The translations under genes were made by a program, and so were the position numbers. The notes below the pieces were generated by a model. The model had not been told where the DNA came from. It worked only from the letters and a program-made list of their open reading frames with translations, and searched no databases. This document shows positions 11,601 to 25,681 of a stretch of 64,000 nucleotides of DNA, piece after piece. Position 1 is the stretch's first letter. Every line of letters starts with the position of its first letter. Source of the stretch: Tubulanus polymorphus (lineage: Eukaryota; Animalia; Nemertea); the NCBI RefSeq assembly GCF_964204645.1, contig NC_134027.1:26188560-26252559 (forward strand). Reading direction: 5' to 3'.

Positions 11601-14600
11601 AATCTCTGTCTCGGACGTTTGTTACCTGAATATTTTCCGAAGATTTTTGGACCTGATGAAAATGAACCTCTCGACAAACAGTCGACGATGGTTGCGTTCC
11701 AGAAACTCACTGATCAGGTCAGTCAGTCCGTCCATCTATTAGTCAGACATGTAGTCAGTCAGTCCCTCTATTAGTCAGTCCAACAGTCAGTCAATTAGTC
11801 ATTTAGTCAATCATACATTCATTCGGTCAGTCACTAACTGATGTTTCATTTCTAAAATAATATATAATTTGTTTGTTATGTTGAATGTTTGTTCAGGTGA
11901 ATGAATTTCTTCTCGGTGAAACTGATGAAAACGAGTCGAAAGATTTGATGACTGTTGAACAGGTAGCGATGGGATTTCTGCGAGTAGCTAATGAGGCGAT
12001 GAGTCGACCAATCAGAGCTCTTACACAGGTTAATGATTTGCATAAAATCTATAGAAAATTCCAGAAAAAAACAATGTTTCCTAGAGATATTTTATTCAAC
12101 TTTTCAACTTTATCCTGATTAATTGTAATACTCAGGACCCAGTTCCACAGTTGTGAGTTAGAGTTAACTCTGAGTTAAAGTTAGTTCATTTTCAATGTTT
12201 TAACCCAGGGTCAAATCTTAACTCAGAACTGTGGAACTGGACCCAGGAATGGTAATCTATTCCTGAAGATGATTTAACTACAACTCTAGGAAGCATTGCA
12301 GACTATTCATTCATTCTTGGTATGGGATTTAATGATAGACTTGTATTATCTCATGTAGGCAAAAGGATATGACACATCTAATCATATACTGGCATGTTTT
12401 GGTGGAGCAGGAGCCCAGCACGCGTGCGCTATAGCTCGAAATCTCGGTATGTCTACAGTATTCGTACATCGACATGCCGGTATTCTATCTGCGTTTGGTT
12501 TAGCACTCGCTGATGTTGTACACGAGACTCAGGAACCAGCGGCTTGTCACTACAGCCCCGGTACGTACTGAGTGTAGCAGTGTTCATTCATTACATAAGG
12601 TTCATACTACCACTCCTTGATTCCTTGAAAATGCCTCTAAATTGAAGAATTATTTTCAATGACCTGGAATCGACTCTACATTTAGAAATTACTCTAAAAA
12701 CTCATTGAATTTTTGTAAAAAGATAATGTATTTCTGTTTGCAACAATCGTTTCTGGCTATCAGCAAAAAACCCACTGTATGCTCCAACTTAAAATCCTCA
12801 GAATGCTTGATATCACGATTGTAAACATCGTCAAATTTTGAAAAATTTTCCTCTTTAATACCTCTCAAAAAGTCTTCAAATTCTAGAATGACCAAATAGT
12901 ATGAGCCCTGTTATTTACACGTACCATACTCTTGTTTCTGTTGATGAAAATATTGATGAAATTTAACGCTTCATTCACAGAAAGTCTAGAATACATCGAT
13001 AAACGTATTGCTGAATTGAGCAATCGATGCAAGAAAGAACTTCTAAAACAAGGCTTTCATAGGTTCGTATATCATTCATTTGCGTATTACTCCGATCAGT
13101 ATAGAACTCTTTCAAGACAGTTTCGAAAATGGCCCATCGAATTCAGTCGTGGGATTGACTTCAAAAAATAATGCACCCGGGCCCAGTTTCACGTAAAAGT
13201 TTTAGCCTAAAACGGTTAAGTTTTAATTGTTGTCCTCATCGAAGAAATGAAGTAACCAATAGCAATTAGAAAAAAAATTTGAGTTAATTGTTTTGTGAAA
13301 CTGAGCCCAGTTCATCAGTTAGCGGTTTGTATTTTTGTATTTTAGCGATCAAATTATCACTGAACCATTCCTTCATTTACGCTACAAAAAAACTGATTGT
13401 TCACTGATGTGTTCAACGGTTCAACAATCAGACAGCAGCAGCAGCAGCAGCAGCAGCAGCGGTACCTCGCGTTACGGTGATTTCCGGAAAGCGTTTACCG
13501 ATCATTATCAGCGTGAGTTCGGATTTACGATGTCCGATCGACCGATCGTAGTCGACGATATCAGAATACGAGCGGTCGCTAAATCACGTATCTCTACGGA
13601 TCATAAAGTTCCCACAGCAACTCAACCTCCGAAAGTTGAACAGGTAAAAAATGAGTGATTGCTTAGTTTAAGGCTAAAAATGATAACTTGTTTCTCCTAA
13701 TCGACTGGGTCATTTTGTTAACTGCAATTAGATTTGCAATTAGTTCATTTCTAAAGCTGCCGGGTCTGTTATTGTTAGCTTGGTCATGATTTCTCAAAAT
13801 AACTGAACAGGGTAGATAAGCGGTCGGTCGGGTCAACTTATCAGCTCAGCAGAGCGGAGAAACAAGATATCAATGTTTTTAGCTTAGATTGTAAATTTAT
13901 GGCTAGATTTTGGAACAGTTACTGTCATACAGACTCGTTTATCAATACTTACAGGTAACGAAGACGTATTTTGAAGAAGGTTATCTCGATACCAAAGTTT
14001 ACCATCTCGATAATCTTCTAGCCGGTCACGAGATCCCGGGTCCAGCCTTAATTATAACTTCTAATAGGTTCGTTTAGGCCCGTTTTTCATCAAACATATA
14101 TCTAAAGTCAATCTTGCATACCTAGGATATTATTATGATTTCAGCACTATATTGATAGTACCGAACTGTGTGGCTACAATCACTGAACAAGGGGATGTGA
14201 AAATTCAGGTAGATAAAGAAAATATTCTATAATCACTTAGGAACAATCTGATGAATATTTTGCATTTATTTACATGAAAAGTTAATTGATTTATTGTTTG
14301 GAACAGGTTGGCAGCAGATCTCTGAAAGTTGTCGGCACGGAATTAGACGCAATTCAACTGTCAATATTCTCTCACCGGTTTATGAGTATAGCTGAGCAGA
14401 TGGGAAGGTTAATATGATGATGCGTTACACTTTAGATTCTAATGATAATTCCTTAATCTAACATAACATTCATGAAATTCACATGATTTGATTATATATC
14501 GTCTTCTATTTCATAGAGTTCTTCAAAGAACCGCAATTTCTACAAATATCAAGGTTAGTTTCAGGGACACTATGACTATGACAAAACCACTGAATTAATG

Positions 14601-17600
14601 GTTTACCGAGATAAACAGTACCGATTTAGGAGACAGTAATTGGGACATGAAAGTGATGCAGACATTTCCTCGAAAATTTGAAATTTTCTCCTTGAAAACA
14701 TCTTATATCCTGGAATGACTGATCCGTGGGGATCCTGAGTTCTGACGTTGCATGTTTTGAAAACTTTGCATTTAGTTTGATGAAGAATTCTTTTTGTTGT
14801 TTCGTTTTAGGAACGTTTAGATTTTTCGTGCGCTATGTTCGGTCCTGATGGTGGGCTAGTTGCTAATGCTCCTCACATTCCTGTACATCTCGGTGCTATG
14901 CAAGAAACGGTTCAATATCAGGTAGTTTACCTATAGAGCATCAAAAACCAGTATTTTGAGTGAAATTTTGATGTAGATTAAAGGAAGTCCCGCAATAGAA
15001 TTTTATACGATGATCAAAATTTAGGCTGTTGACTAAAATCCCATTATCAGGTGAAATGATTCAGCTGAGGAGCCAACCGCCACAACGTTGTGGTTCATTT
15101 GAATAAATCTTTAAAATCTGAGCTCATGGAATTCTGCTGGACTCTTTCATTCATCTTCAGTTCAAACGGAGCTGATTTATTGATATGATATTTGTTTGAT
15201 TTCTAGATGCGCGCTCTCGGTGATCAGATCAAAGAAGGTGATGTTATATTGAGTAATCACCCGTGCGCTGGTGGAAGTCATCTACCAGATCTCACTGTTA
15301 TTACACCCGTAAGTCAAACCCCACAGAACAGTCAAATAATCTAGAACAAAGATCGTGTTATGATAGAACCTGCAATTAGTTCCTGAATCAGGCAGGGATT
15401 GCAGTTGCTTAAAAGTTGGTTCAAGATAAATGGTAGATAAATACCATAGTAACAATGAAGCTTTAATAGTCACTATGTCAACTATCCACTGGTAAAACTG
15501 TAAACAACTTTTGAGCAACTGACCCCTGGTGTTCGGGATCCAGTTCTACAGCTGTGAGTTAGAGTTAACTCTGAGTTGAATTAGTATAACACTGCTAATA
15601 TTTGTATTTATCTCAGGTTTTCCATGAAGGAATTAGCCGTCCAGTGTTTTATGTGGCCAGTAGGGGGCACCACGCTGATATTGGTGGCGCCACCCCTGGG
15701 TCGATGCCTCCTCATTCGAAATCTATATTTGAAGAAGGTGCCGTGTTCAAGTCTTTTAAACTCGTGAAAAATGGCGTCTTCCAAGAACAACGTAAATAGA
15801 AACATTTCACCTAGTCGTTTCAAAACAAGATTATGGCTAAAAAATGATACTTTGTTTCTCCTAATTGGGTCAGATCATTTTTTAAACTGTAACGAAATTT
15901 GTGATCCTTTAGCTGCTGGGTCTGTTATGACTAGCTTGATCATGATTTTGAAAAAAAATAGTACAGGTACAGCCAGCTGGGTCAACTTAAAAGCTCAGCA
16001 GAAATTAGAAACAAGGTATCAATTTTTTGTCAGCCTATTTTATAATGTACCGGTATATGTGCTATATCTGCTGAATGTTGTGAATATTCTGTAGTTTTGA
16101 CTGAAGCTCTGATGGAACCGCGTAAATACCCCGGCTGCAGTGGAACTCGCAATCTTCACGATAACCTCAGCGATCTCAAAGCTCAGATTGCGGCCAATCA
16201 AAAGGTAAGCATTACATATATCTATGATGATATTGTTTTGAGATGTTTGATTCACAGTTTCATTGATATTGAATGGATCGTATTTCAGGGAATTCATCTT
16301 GTGACGGATCTTATTAAAGAATACAGTCTCCCAGTAGTACAAGCCTATATGGCGCATATACAGGTATGTATCAAATACCACATTGTTGACTTCACCAAGA
16401 ACCTTAGTGTCTGATGTACTTCACTAGGATCGTAGAGCGACGAAGATCCCTGTGGATCACTGCCAGGACTGGGTGAAATTGATGACCTAGAAATCTATTC
16501 ATAATATCCAGTACAAAAATAATGAAATTCTCTGTGGCAAAATTCTGAATGTGTTATAAAAACCACTATTTACGGTACTTCAGGCTTCTTATTGTTCTCC
16601 CTTTCATTTCGTTATTCCAATAATGAAAGATGGATAATGATTTTGTAGCATAACGCGGAAGTTTCGGTGAGAGATATGCTTCGTGAAATTGGACGCGCGT
16701 CGCGCGAGTTGACCGGTCTCTCCGAATTACAAGCAGAAGACTTCATGGATGACGGAACAAAGATTGCATTGAAAATAAATATCGATGAAGAAAAGGTCAG
16801 TTTTGAAAATGTTGAAGAAATTTGGTAAATTCGGTGAATTTTTTTATGAAGCTGTTGTACGTGATAAATTGATGAGGGCTATTAGTATATGTAGCTGAAA
16901 TGTTGCTCTTGTAATGTATACATTCATTTACTAGAAGAGCTTTTTGGTTTTTTCTGAACTGATTGTGGAATTTCTTACATATTCTTCATGCTCCGAAATT
17001 GTATATCTTCTTGATCTATGTTGAAGTTTTTGTATTAATGTCGCGTTACAGGGATCGGCTGTATTCGATTTTTCGGGAACTGGTTATGAGGTACACGGTA
17101 ACTGCAATGCTCCTCAGGCTATTACGCTGTCAGCTCTGATATACTGTTTGAGGTGTATGGTTGGTCATGATGTCCCCCTCAACCAGGTAAAAACCCTTGA
17201 AAATCTCTAATGAAGTATGGATCTAGGGTTCTTACAGGTCAGGGAAATGAGGGAGTTCCAGATATATTCTTGCCTAACGGTGAAATCAGGGAATTCTGAC
17301 TCTTGTCTTGAAAATCAAGGAGAAGTCAGGGAATTTGAATTTTGGTGTCTTGTTGTTCTTGCTGGTGATGAGTGGCACGAGGAAATTCCCCATGAGCATA
17401 TCTTATAATTAAATCAGGGAACTTTTCTTGAAGGGTCAGATGCTGTATGTACTCATTCATCTGGGATGACAGTCGGCAACTTCTCCCTATTGAAAATCAG
17501 CTCAAATTAGTGTAGATTTCCTATATATAGGTATGCATGATATAATTGCAGGGTTGTTTGAAACCGGTTGAGATAAAGATCCCGTCTGGTAGTATTCTGC

Positions 17601-19220
17601 GTCCGTCCGAACACGCCGCTGTTGTTGGTGGTAACGTATTAACGTCTCAACGCGTCGTTGATGTGATATTTAAAGCGTTTAAACGTTGCGCCGCGTCTCA
17701 GGGATGTATGAATAATATCACGTTCGGCGATGATTCGGTCGGTTATTACGAAACAGTAGCAGGCGGAGCAGGAGCTGTAAGTATCTTTTCTATTATTAAT
17801 TATACGGTTTAAATGAGAAAAAACTCGTATTTTCATCAGTTTTAGATTGATTTCTGATCATTCGAATCGACTTCATTTCAGGGTCCGAGTTGGCACGGAA
17901 AAAGTGGCATTCATACTCACATGACTAATACTCGAATAACTGATCCAGAAATCATCGAAAGAAGGTAAATTACTGAGAAATTACGGATATACCATTCAAC
18001 GGTCATAGTTGTCTACTGTACCATACAATATACTCAAAATAAAATGATTATTTTCTATTGATAGGTATCCAGTGGTGCTACAGAAGTTCAGTTTAAATCC
18101 CGGTTCTGGTGGTAAGGGCAGATTTAACGGTGGTGATGGAGTCATACGAGAATTATTATTCCGTCGACCGCTGCATTTATCTATACTGACCGAGCGTAGA
18201 GTTTTTCAACCATACGGACTCAATGGTAATTTCCAAATTCAGATTCTATTACTCTTTAACCTATTAGAAGTAAAATCCTATTCAAATGAATATTCTGAAG
18301 ATTGGCAACATTTGAAAACTTTTATACTTACTCTACTAGGGAAAGTCTAGTTAATTATGTAATCATTGATAAGCTTTTGTACTAATTGTGACACTAAACC
18401 AATGACAGGTTACTGATTAAGTCTATGATATGTTTTTGGTGTATCTTTCAAACTGGAAATAGTTCGAAAATTACGAAATTCTTTTCAAATTCTATTTGAA
18501 GGCGGTGAACCAGGAAACCGTGGTAGCAATGTTTTGTGCTATGCCGATGGTAGGAAAGTAAATCTTGGTGGAAAATCTGCTATTAATGTTAAACAAGGGG
18601 TAAGTAGTACTAAATGTATGATTATCAACCAGGATTCTTACAGATCAGGGAAACCATAATTTCCCTGACCCTTGACCAAAAATTGAATTATGAGATATGC
18701 TCAGTGGGGGCTGTTTCTTTTCAAGAGGATCCTAGTAGCATCAGCGAGAACAAGACACCAGGGCGCGGTTTCATAGACCGAGTATCAAAGTTATCCCTAG
18801 GGGTAAATCCTCGATCTGAGTGACAACCACCATAGTTACAATGAGAAACCATGGTTATAACAGACAAATTTCAAAAGGTTCCCAGGGACTATTTTTCTTC
18901 CACATCTATGAAACCCACCCCAGCAGTTTAAATTCCCCAACTTTTCAAGAAAAGAGTCAGACTTTCATAATCTGGAATTCCTTGATCTGTAAAGACCCTG
19001 AGAAATGTAATCAGATTTAAGAATAACTGGTATTACACTTAGACTATGTAATTTGTAGGATGTATTTCGACTGACGACTCCTGGCGGGGGTGCGTTCGGT
19101 TGTCCAACACTTATGAATGATAATAGCGATACGTCACGTAATCACACATCTGCTGCTAGTAATAAATACGTGGAAAAGGGAAGTTTATACAGTTATAAAT
19201 TAGCTCAGGAATCTGCTTAG
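8602..19220 (+). CDS. OPLAH: 5-oxoprolinase (ATP-hydrolysing), about 30 exons
   Basis: Starts [16 protein letters not shown]. Contains [77 protein letters not shown] and [13 protein letters not shown]. Ends ...[11 protein letters not shown] at 19218-19220. Confidence 0.97.
9842..9961. mobile_element. Foldback MITE in an OPLAH intron
   Basis: AGTACTATGAAGGTTAACTGATTTTATTAGAAAT versus ATTTCTAATGAAATCAGTTAACCTTTACAGTACT (inverted). Confidence 0.6.
11031..11170 (+). repeat. Interspersed repeat, second copy at about 14606-14730
   Basis: Shared GAGAT.AACAGT.CCGATTTAG ... TGATGCAGACA.TTCCTCG ... GAAATTTTCTCCTT ... GAATGACTGATC. Confidence 0.65.
11718..11835. repeat. Degenerate (CAGT)n microsatellite in an OPLAH intron
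   Basis: GTCAGTCAGTC repeats. Confidence 0.7.
12136..12243. mobile_element. Harbinger-like MITE (related copies at about 44394-44500, 15537-15580, 19358-19445, 55873-55963, 3765-3868)
   Basis: CAG|GACCCAGTTCCACAGTT ... AACTGTGGAACTGGACC|CAG, with internal GAGTTAACTC palindromes. Confidence 0.72.
13180..13307. mobile_element. Harbinger-like MITE
   Basis: GGCCCAGTTTCAC ... GTGAAACTGAGCC|CAG. Confidence 0.6.
13671..13884. mobile_element. Unclassified ~210-250 bp TIR element; other copies at about 15834-16037 and 45123-45371 (inverted)
   Basis: Ends GGCTAAAAATGATA.CTTGTTTCTC ... GAAACAAG.TATCAAT...AGC(C/T) are shared by all three intronic copies. Confidence 0.65.
18629..19000. mobile_element. 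CAGGG-terminated MITE with a nested Harbinger-like MITE (18762-18921)
   Basis: Outer element CAGGATTCTTACAGATCAGGGAA ... TTCCTTGATCTGTAAAGACCCTG (related ends near 6939 and 17225). Inner element CAG|GGCGCGGTTTCATAGA ... TCTATGAAACCCACCC|CAG, which has an inverted copy at 40815-40974. Confidence 0.68.
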
Positions 19221-19874
19221 CTGAAAATGATATCTCAACTTTCCTCAAAACTGACCACGAGATAGTGAATTAATCAGGGCCATTTTCTTCACATAAACTA
19301 ACGCTTTTTTAGTTAGTAAACCTAGGCTACTTCTTAATTTATATTTATGGTGAACGGAGCCCAGTTCCACAGAGTTTAAATAGTTAGCTCATTTTCAATA
19401 AATCATCTCTTTTTGAGCCAAAAACTGTGGGTGAATTGGGTCTTGGTATATAATAGATATCTAAAATACTGCGTATGTTCGTCGTTGATTTTATGATAAT
19501 GAATAATGTTTATTTTCTATATATTGGTATTTGGTGCTCAAATTGTTTATTGTAGTGACATACTCAGTAAACTACATTTCTGATTGATTTTACTAAGGTT
19601 TTCATAAACTCATTATATAATACATCTGAAATTCATTCCAATGAATGATGTTTTGATTATCACATTCCTTTATAAATACATGGAAAAATAATGTACTGCA
19701 GTGTTAAATTTCTCCTTGTTGCTTCTGAACTCAGAGGAACCTCGTTAAAACAATCTCTGATATGATTGATTGGTTATTAGAGACCTAGAATTTCATCCCA
19801 AACGACGTACTGCATATAACCATTGGTTGTAATAATTTCTGGTTCCCTGAAGTTTGTTGTAATGTTTAAATGTA

Positions 19875-20046
19875 CAGTAGACTTCGCCCAAGTAGGATCT
19901 TTAAGATCCTAAAATGTTTCCGACTTGAGTGTTATCCGAGTTGGATGTTACGTCTTAGCTTTCATTGTCACAAAAAATATTTCCACAAACATCAGAGTTG
20001 AACAGTTATCAGAGTTGATCGGATCCGACTTGGTCAGAGTCTACTG
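19875..20046. mobile_element. Tc1/mariner (pogo/Tigger-like) MITE
   Basis: TA|CAGTAGACT ... AGTCTACTG|TA, with further inverted CCAAGT.GGATC / GATCC.ACTTGG. Confidence 0.7.
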
Positions 20047-21003
20047 TATAAGAAATGCCATTTGCACAGAATTTCCATATGAAGATTGCTGTTCGAGGAC
20101 TTCACTGATGTAAGGATTAGAGTTAGATACCGTGATAAAACACCATCAATTACGCAGTAAAATCCATTTCGTTGATCAATAAATATGCTTTTATTCCTTA
20201 CATACGTACAATAAAAAAACAATTGCAACAAACAGGAGTTTAAAATCGTTCTACACATTGAACATAAACAATATTAATGTGATATTTGAATAACACGTTT
20301 TTAGTAATTCCTGATGTCGGATAAAGTGACGAGAAACATTCATTCTTCAACCGTTTAGAGTAGTTTTCATTTGAACAATCTCTGTACAATCACAATTATT
20401 AAATTCTCGATATATATAATATTTTTTTACATAGAAAAGCTCAAAAATGGTGCTAACATCGCGAGTTAAAAAGATTGACATTTGACGTAACTAATTTGAA
20501 TAGAGAACACATGGTTTAATACATAAGATGCCTATTCTTTTGGGCTCTCCAATCTCTGAAATCCCTGCTACTGATCACATGACCAGTCGAATCGGCTACT
20601 TTGAGAACTTTCACCGACAGGCGACTAAAAGCAACCAACTCGATTCTCTAAATCGTATTCGACTCGGGATAGGTCTCGACACTATCCACAAGCAGAGATT
20701 TCAGAGCCTGAAAGAACAGGCCCTAAATATTTGTTTAGGCAGGCTTCTCTGCATAGAGTCCGATTAAAACCCACCACGTAGAAATTTAAAAGATTAAATT
20801 TTTTAATAATAAAATGTAGCTTTTAATCTTTTAAATTTGTATAGAGTGGGTTTTGATCTTATTTATTCTCCACGTCGAGAGCGTACGGGCTATTCTACTG
20901 TTAGACTCTATCCCTGAATCACTGCACGTAATGAGGACACTACACCACACCTTGTGAGGAGATATCATTGTCAGTCTCATCACAATATTCACGAACACAC
21001 TAT

Positions 21004-22968
21004 CTATAGCATCATACCGCCACCAGACCATTCCATTCTCTGTGAAAAAAATAAAACATCAATACTTCGTTATTTCATTCAATCATCGCAATGAAAGACT
21101 CTTTATGTTTGACTGTAGGAAGCGAGGATCCACCAGGTGTCACTAGTATCCATTCGGAAAACGATGCCAATTTTTCCGCTGATTGAATTAAATTAAAATC
21201 AATCCATCATTTCTCAAATTCTATGAATTAATGAAAAATTAAAACCTTAAACATCGATCCGAGTTTACCGAGACTAAAGATCTAGATGAAAGTTCATTGA
21301 AAATTTGACTTATTTGTATAATTGAACCGCATGCCATTTGGTGGATAGCTGGTGCAGCACGCAGGGACGGAGTATACTCACTTTCTGTGGTTGAACGAAT
21401 GCAAGCCAGTCGGATGGATGCGTCGGCAGGAGTCCCATAGTCTGACATTTATATATAGCTAAAACTAGTGCAGCGATATTACCAACAAAATACATGAATT
21501 TCTGCGCGATTGCTTGATTTCCTTCAATTAGTTTAAAAGCTGAAAATATTGAGAGAGGAAATAAATAAATTGCTATTAATCTAATGATTTTGTGCTATCA
21601 ATATTTCAGGTATCAGTTGCACAGGCTTGGCTTTAGATTTAAGAATAATCTCAGTTGATCTTGGTTCTATAGCCAATCAAACAATTAGAGACCACACTCT
21701 AAAATTTTGATTTGAGACAATTTTGAGCCTAGGCTCAGGTCTTGACCGCGCAATTTGGACCGGTTATTTTTCTAAGTACTACTTACTAGTTTGTACAGCT
21801 ATAAGAGCTTGTATCGGTCGAATAAACATCATTCCGACCATCATTATCGGAAATATAGATATCGTATTTCCAGCCATCCACATTATAAATAAATTCATCG
21901 GTATCTGTTTAATAGGACCGAGCGCTATATCCCAAGATTTCTGCAACGAAACAAATTCAAGACATTTTTACAGTCGAAATGTTGAAATTCAAAGAAAACA
22001 TTTGGTCATAAATGGATGAAACAGTCAAATGTGAAAGGAAATTCTTTGACAACGTTACTAAATGTCAGATTGCGGAAGGAAATTCTTTGACATCTCAAAT
22101 TTTATAATTTCGCTTATTAACCCTTTCAGTGCTGACTTATTAATACCCTATAGTGCTGGAGATAATTTGAAAATTTTGAAAAATTCCACCCTAGTGTGTT
22201 GAATAACGGGAATACCACTATAGTGCATCTACACCGCGGCGCGGTGTATCGTTAGTTACTAGTATTTCACTATGTTGGACAGGTGCTGCCATTTTTCAAT
22301 AGAGATAATTACTAATTACATCAATACACCGCAGTGCAGTGTACTTGCAAAATCCATCACCGATTCATACAACGCACTGCGGTGTAGACGCACTGAAGGG
22401 GTTAATCAGTGCTGTTATTCCAGAAAACTAGTCGGGCCTTTATTTGAATACGAACCTTTACAACTAAATTCGGGTCCACATCTTTATGACTGTTATCCGC
22501 TATAGTACGATCTGTATAACCCATAGGAGCAGCTAGATTATCCGGTGAACTTATCGGTACAATTTGACGGTCGCTCTTCAACCTGGCGTCAGTAAAAATA
22601 ACACTATCAATTATAACTATCAATGACTGCAGTTTAATTCTGATTTATTCGTGTTGTTTTAATAGAATTTGATATCCCTAGATATTCTAGGTTCGCAATA
22701 ACCATTTAATTAGTAAATGTAACATTTTATCAGGAAATAAGGACCGTCAAGTGGCGCCACCATCGACACGTCATGTACTAGACGACGATTATCGTGTTAT
22801 TTTACTCTAATCTCTCAACCTCGATTTATTCTGCTTTCATATGTATTTGTTCTATCGGTAATATTTTATCGGCTGCCAAAAAATATCGCTAGAAAACACA
22901 AGATTCACTCACTTATTCGCGAAATCCATCGCCCATTTGTTACGATATTTTCCACCTCTCGACGCCAT
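21004..22968 (-). CDS. EMC4: ER membrane protein complex subunit 4, 5 exons
   Basis: [16 protein letters not shown] / [38 protein letters not shown] / [19 protein letters not shown] / [11 protein letters not shown]-stop, with canonical splice sites. Confidence 0.96.
22121..22401. mobile_element. piggyBac-like MITE, second copy in opposite orientation (EMC4 intron)
   Basis: TTAA|CCCTTTCAGTGC ... GCACTGAAGGGG|TTAA; reverse-complement match to 4702-4989. Confidence 0.85.
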
Positions 22969-23418
22969 CTTGGATTCCAGCTGCGGCAATCGAGGTTGAA
23001 AATATTATTTAGCGCCATACACAGTTCAATTTCAATTTGAATTCAATTCTTTAGTGATACTTCTAACAATGCAAGATTCCGGCCTATGGATTTTACAGTG
23101 TTTCACGATATGTACAGTAAGATGGATACGTAAATGGGTGGAATTTCAAATCAGTTAGGGTCGGGCTATATGGGTCACGTGTTTGGTAGGTGGGGTCGGG
23201 CTGGGGTGATACGGCAGGGTGGCGGGCTATGTACAGGGGTGTCCCGGGTTCGAACCCAGTAATTACTGGCACTCATGAAATAGACGTGATGCCACACTAC
23301 ACCGTCTGGTGCTGCCGCTATGCTCAACATAAGCGGATTTTTCATACACTAACGTGAACTGTCTCTGGCAACCAGGGAGAGTCTACTGCCAGAGTCAGTT
23401 CGTGTTAGTTTATGCAAA

Positions 23419-23480
23419 GGCTCAGAGTGGTCCTGACGCTAAATACAAGATACAGGGTTCCCGGGTTCGAACCCAGTGGG
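23419..23480 (+). mobile_element. tRNA-derived SINE head (degenerate)
   Basis: A-box-like GGCTCAGAGTGG and B-box GGTTCGAACC at tRNA-like spacing. CCCGGGTTCGAACCCAGT is also present at 23243-23260. No cloverleaf can be formed. Confidence 0.5.
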
Positions 23481-24280
23481 ATGATTTACTCATGGGCATG
23501 CCCGGGCTTTCTTGGGGTTCCTGGCAGGGATCGGGGCTGAGGTGCGCAGAATTGGACAGGCAACCAGTCTAGCGGCGGCGCGGCAATCCCAATGCAATAT
23601 AATATCAAAATGGCGTGCTTTACCATAACACGAGAAGCGAAAACCTCACCTAATTCCAAACATTGCCACCCTCCTTTCCGACCCCTGAAATCAGTATTTT
23701 AATATTTGGTAAGTATTCGTAACATTGGTTTAAATGGCGAAAAATATTCCATCTCAGATATTGTGGGAAATCATTATTTTAGAGGCACATCCTACAACGC
23801 AACGAACGGTGCACATGGTGGCGCTCAGTCAAGCATATCGTCATTCCATCCTGATATTTCTAGACCACGATGGGCTTCACCCGGCTGTGTTGTAATGAAT
23901 TTGTTCTTAAATGATTCCATCGACTGATTATGTCGAACAGTTAAAATGGTGTAAGTTTATTTCATCTTTTAAATGTGTTCTTCATCGGTTTCTGAAAGAA
24001 GATAATATTTAAACTGTTCATGTTTTTTCATTACTTTCTCGTTTATATTTTCATGTTCAACTCTAGATGCAAAACTTTAAGCGTGGATAGAAAAACCCCG
24101 TGAATAAATGAACTGCAGATTGGAGCGAACAATTTGATTTGTAAGTTTGAATTCTATACTTGATGTTTCTGCAGTTATTTCCAAGGAAAGAAAACAATCT
24201 TAGATTTGTCTATTATAGGAGCACTTCAACATGTTCGATGGGAATTTTGATGCAGCGCAGGAAAACAAGGAATCACCCTC

Positions 24281-24428
24281 GGATTCTGCACAGGACATCA
24301 AGGAATCAAGCAACTTCACAATCAGACTTTTTTGTATTCAGCACAGGACATCAGGAATCACTATGGATTCAGCACAGGACATCAAGGAATCACTATGGAT
24401 TCAGCACAGGACATCAAGGAATCACTAT
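24281..24428. repeat. 32-bp tandem repeat (3-4 degenerate units)
   Basis: GGATTCAGCACAGGACATCAAGGAATCACTAT. Confidence 0.85.
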
Positions 24429-24984
24429 AGGTGGAAATTCAGGATAAGTTACATTTATCTTTATTTCTCAGTTGTTGACTTGATTTTAAGGGACCAGTTT
24501 CATAGTGTTTGATGTAAACAATGTTTTGAAATGAAATCACAGAAACCTGTTGCATTTATTCAATCATTTCAAATTTCTTAATATTGGTGAATATTTGGCT
24601 AAGATTAGTTCATGGTTGGGATTGTTATTATTTAAGTTTTAGTGGGTTTAAAGGTTTTCTAAATTGTGATCAACTCAAATGTTACTTCTAATCAATATGA
24701 AACTGGTTCCTGATGTCAATTTAACAACTGTTATCAATCATGTTCCTTCGTGACAATCTGATCATGTATATCTTTAGAGTTAGAATTTCTGTGGATTAAA
24801 CTGCTGTACTTATTTCATACTGATTGAACAGTTACAGATACATTTAACATTGTGTACAGATACAGAGTACAGTTCACTGCATTACTTCATCCTGTGATTG
24901 AACAGTGATTTAATGTTCTCTCATCTTCACTAGATTCCCATCCGTCTAACTAAAACATCATTACATTTCAACTCATCTAACCGC

Positions 24985-25167
24985 GGGGTTTGGGGAGGGT
25001 GGGTAGGGTTGGGGGAGGGAAGGGGTAGAGGGAGGGCGGGAGGGATGGGTTGAGGGAGGGTGGGAGGGAAGGGGTGAGGGAGGGCGGGAGGGAAGGGGTG
25101 AGGGAGGGCGGGAGGGAAGGGGTGAGGGAGGGCGGGAGGGGAGGGCGGGAGGGATGGGGCGAGGGAG
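24985..25167 (+). repeat. G-rich 24-bp minisatellite (G-quadruplex-prone)
   Basis: GGGAGGGCGGGAGGGAAGGGGTGA units. Confidence 0.9.
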
Positions 25168-25325
25168 CAGTGTTTTCAATAAGAAATTAGCAAGCCAGGT
25201 CCCTTTGAAAACAGGAGGGTCCCCCTATGTCACAGTCCCTGAAACAAAAGCTGGTTTGAAAAAACAGGCGAGTCCTTTACAAACAACAGACGGGTCTGGG
25301 ACCTGGCTCTTATTGAAAACACTGC
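25168..25325. mobile_element. CAGTG-terminated (hAT-like) MITE inserted in a G-rich tract
   Basis: CAGTGTTTTCAATAAGA..AGCCAGGTCCC ... GGGACCTGGCT CTTATTGAAAACACTG. Confidence 0.6.
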
Positions 25326-25681
25326 GGGAGGGTGGGAGGGATGGGGTTTGAGAGGGATGGGTTCTCGGAGTGAGGGTGGGATGTGGGGGGTTGTTTAATG
25401 TCGGGTATAGATGGTTTAGGCGATAGGCCTAGTCTTGGAAGTTCAGGATATTTCAGAAAATGTGTCCCATCTTTTTATTATTCTAAGAAAGGATTAATCA
25501 TTATGAAACACATCATGCGGCCACATGCGTGACTGAAACATGTCATGTTTCAAGCTGTATAACCACTGGTCAATTGGACCAGTTCTATTTTACTGGTTGT
25601 TATTTCTATCAGACCCGGGTTTGATCCCCGATGAGTGCGCGCGTAATTTCAACGTCACTTCTCTCAGTCGTTATGAGATAA

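Noticed and set aside
23610-23702. Small peptide from AAAATGGCG in module D
   Set aside because: The frame is not conserved among copies; the copy near 32951 stops after 6 codons.
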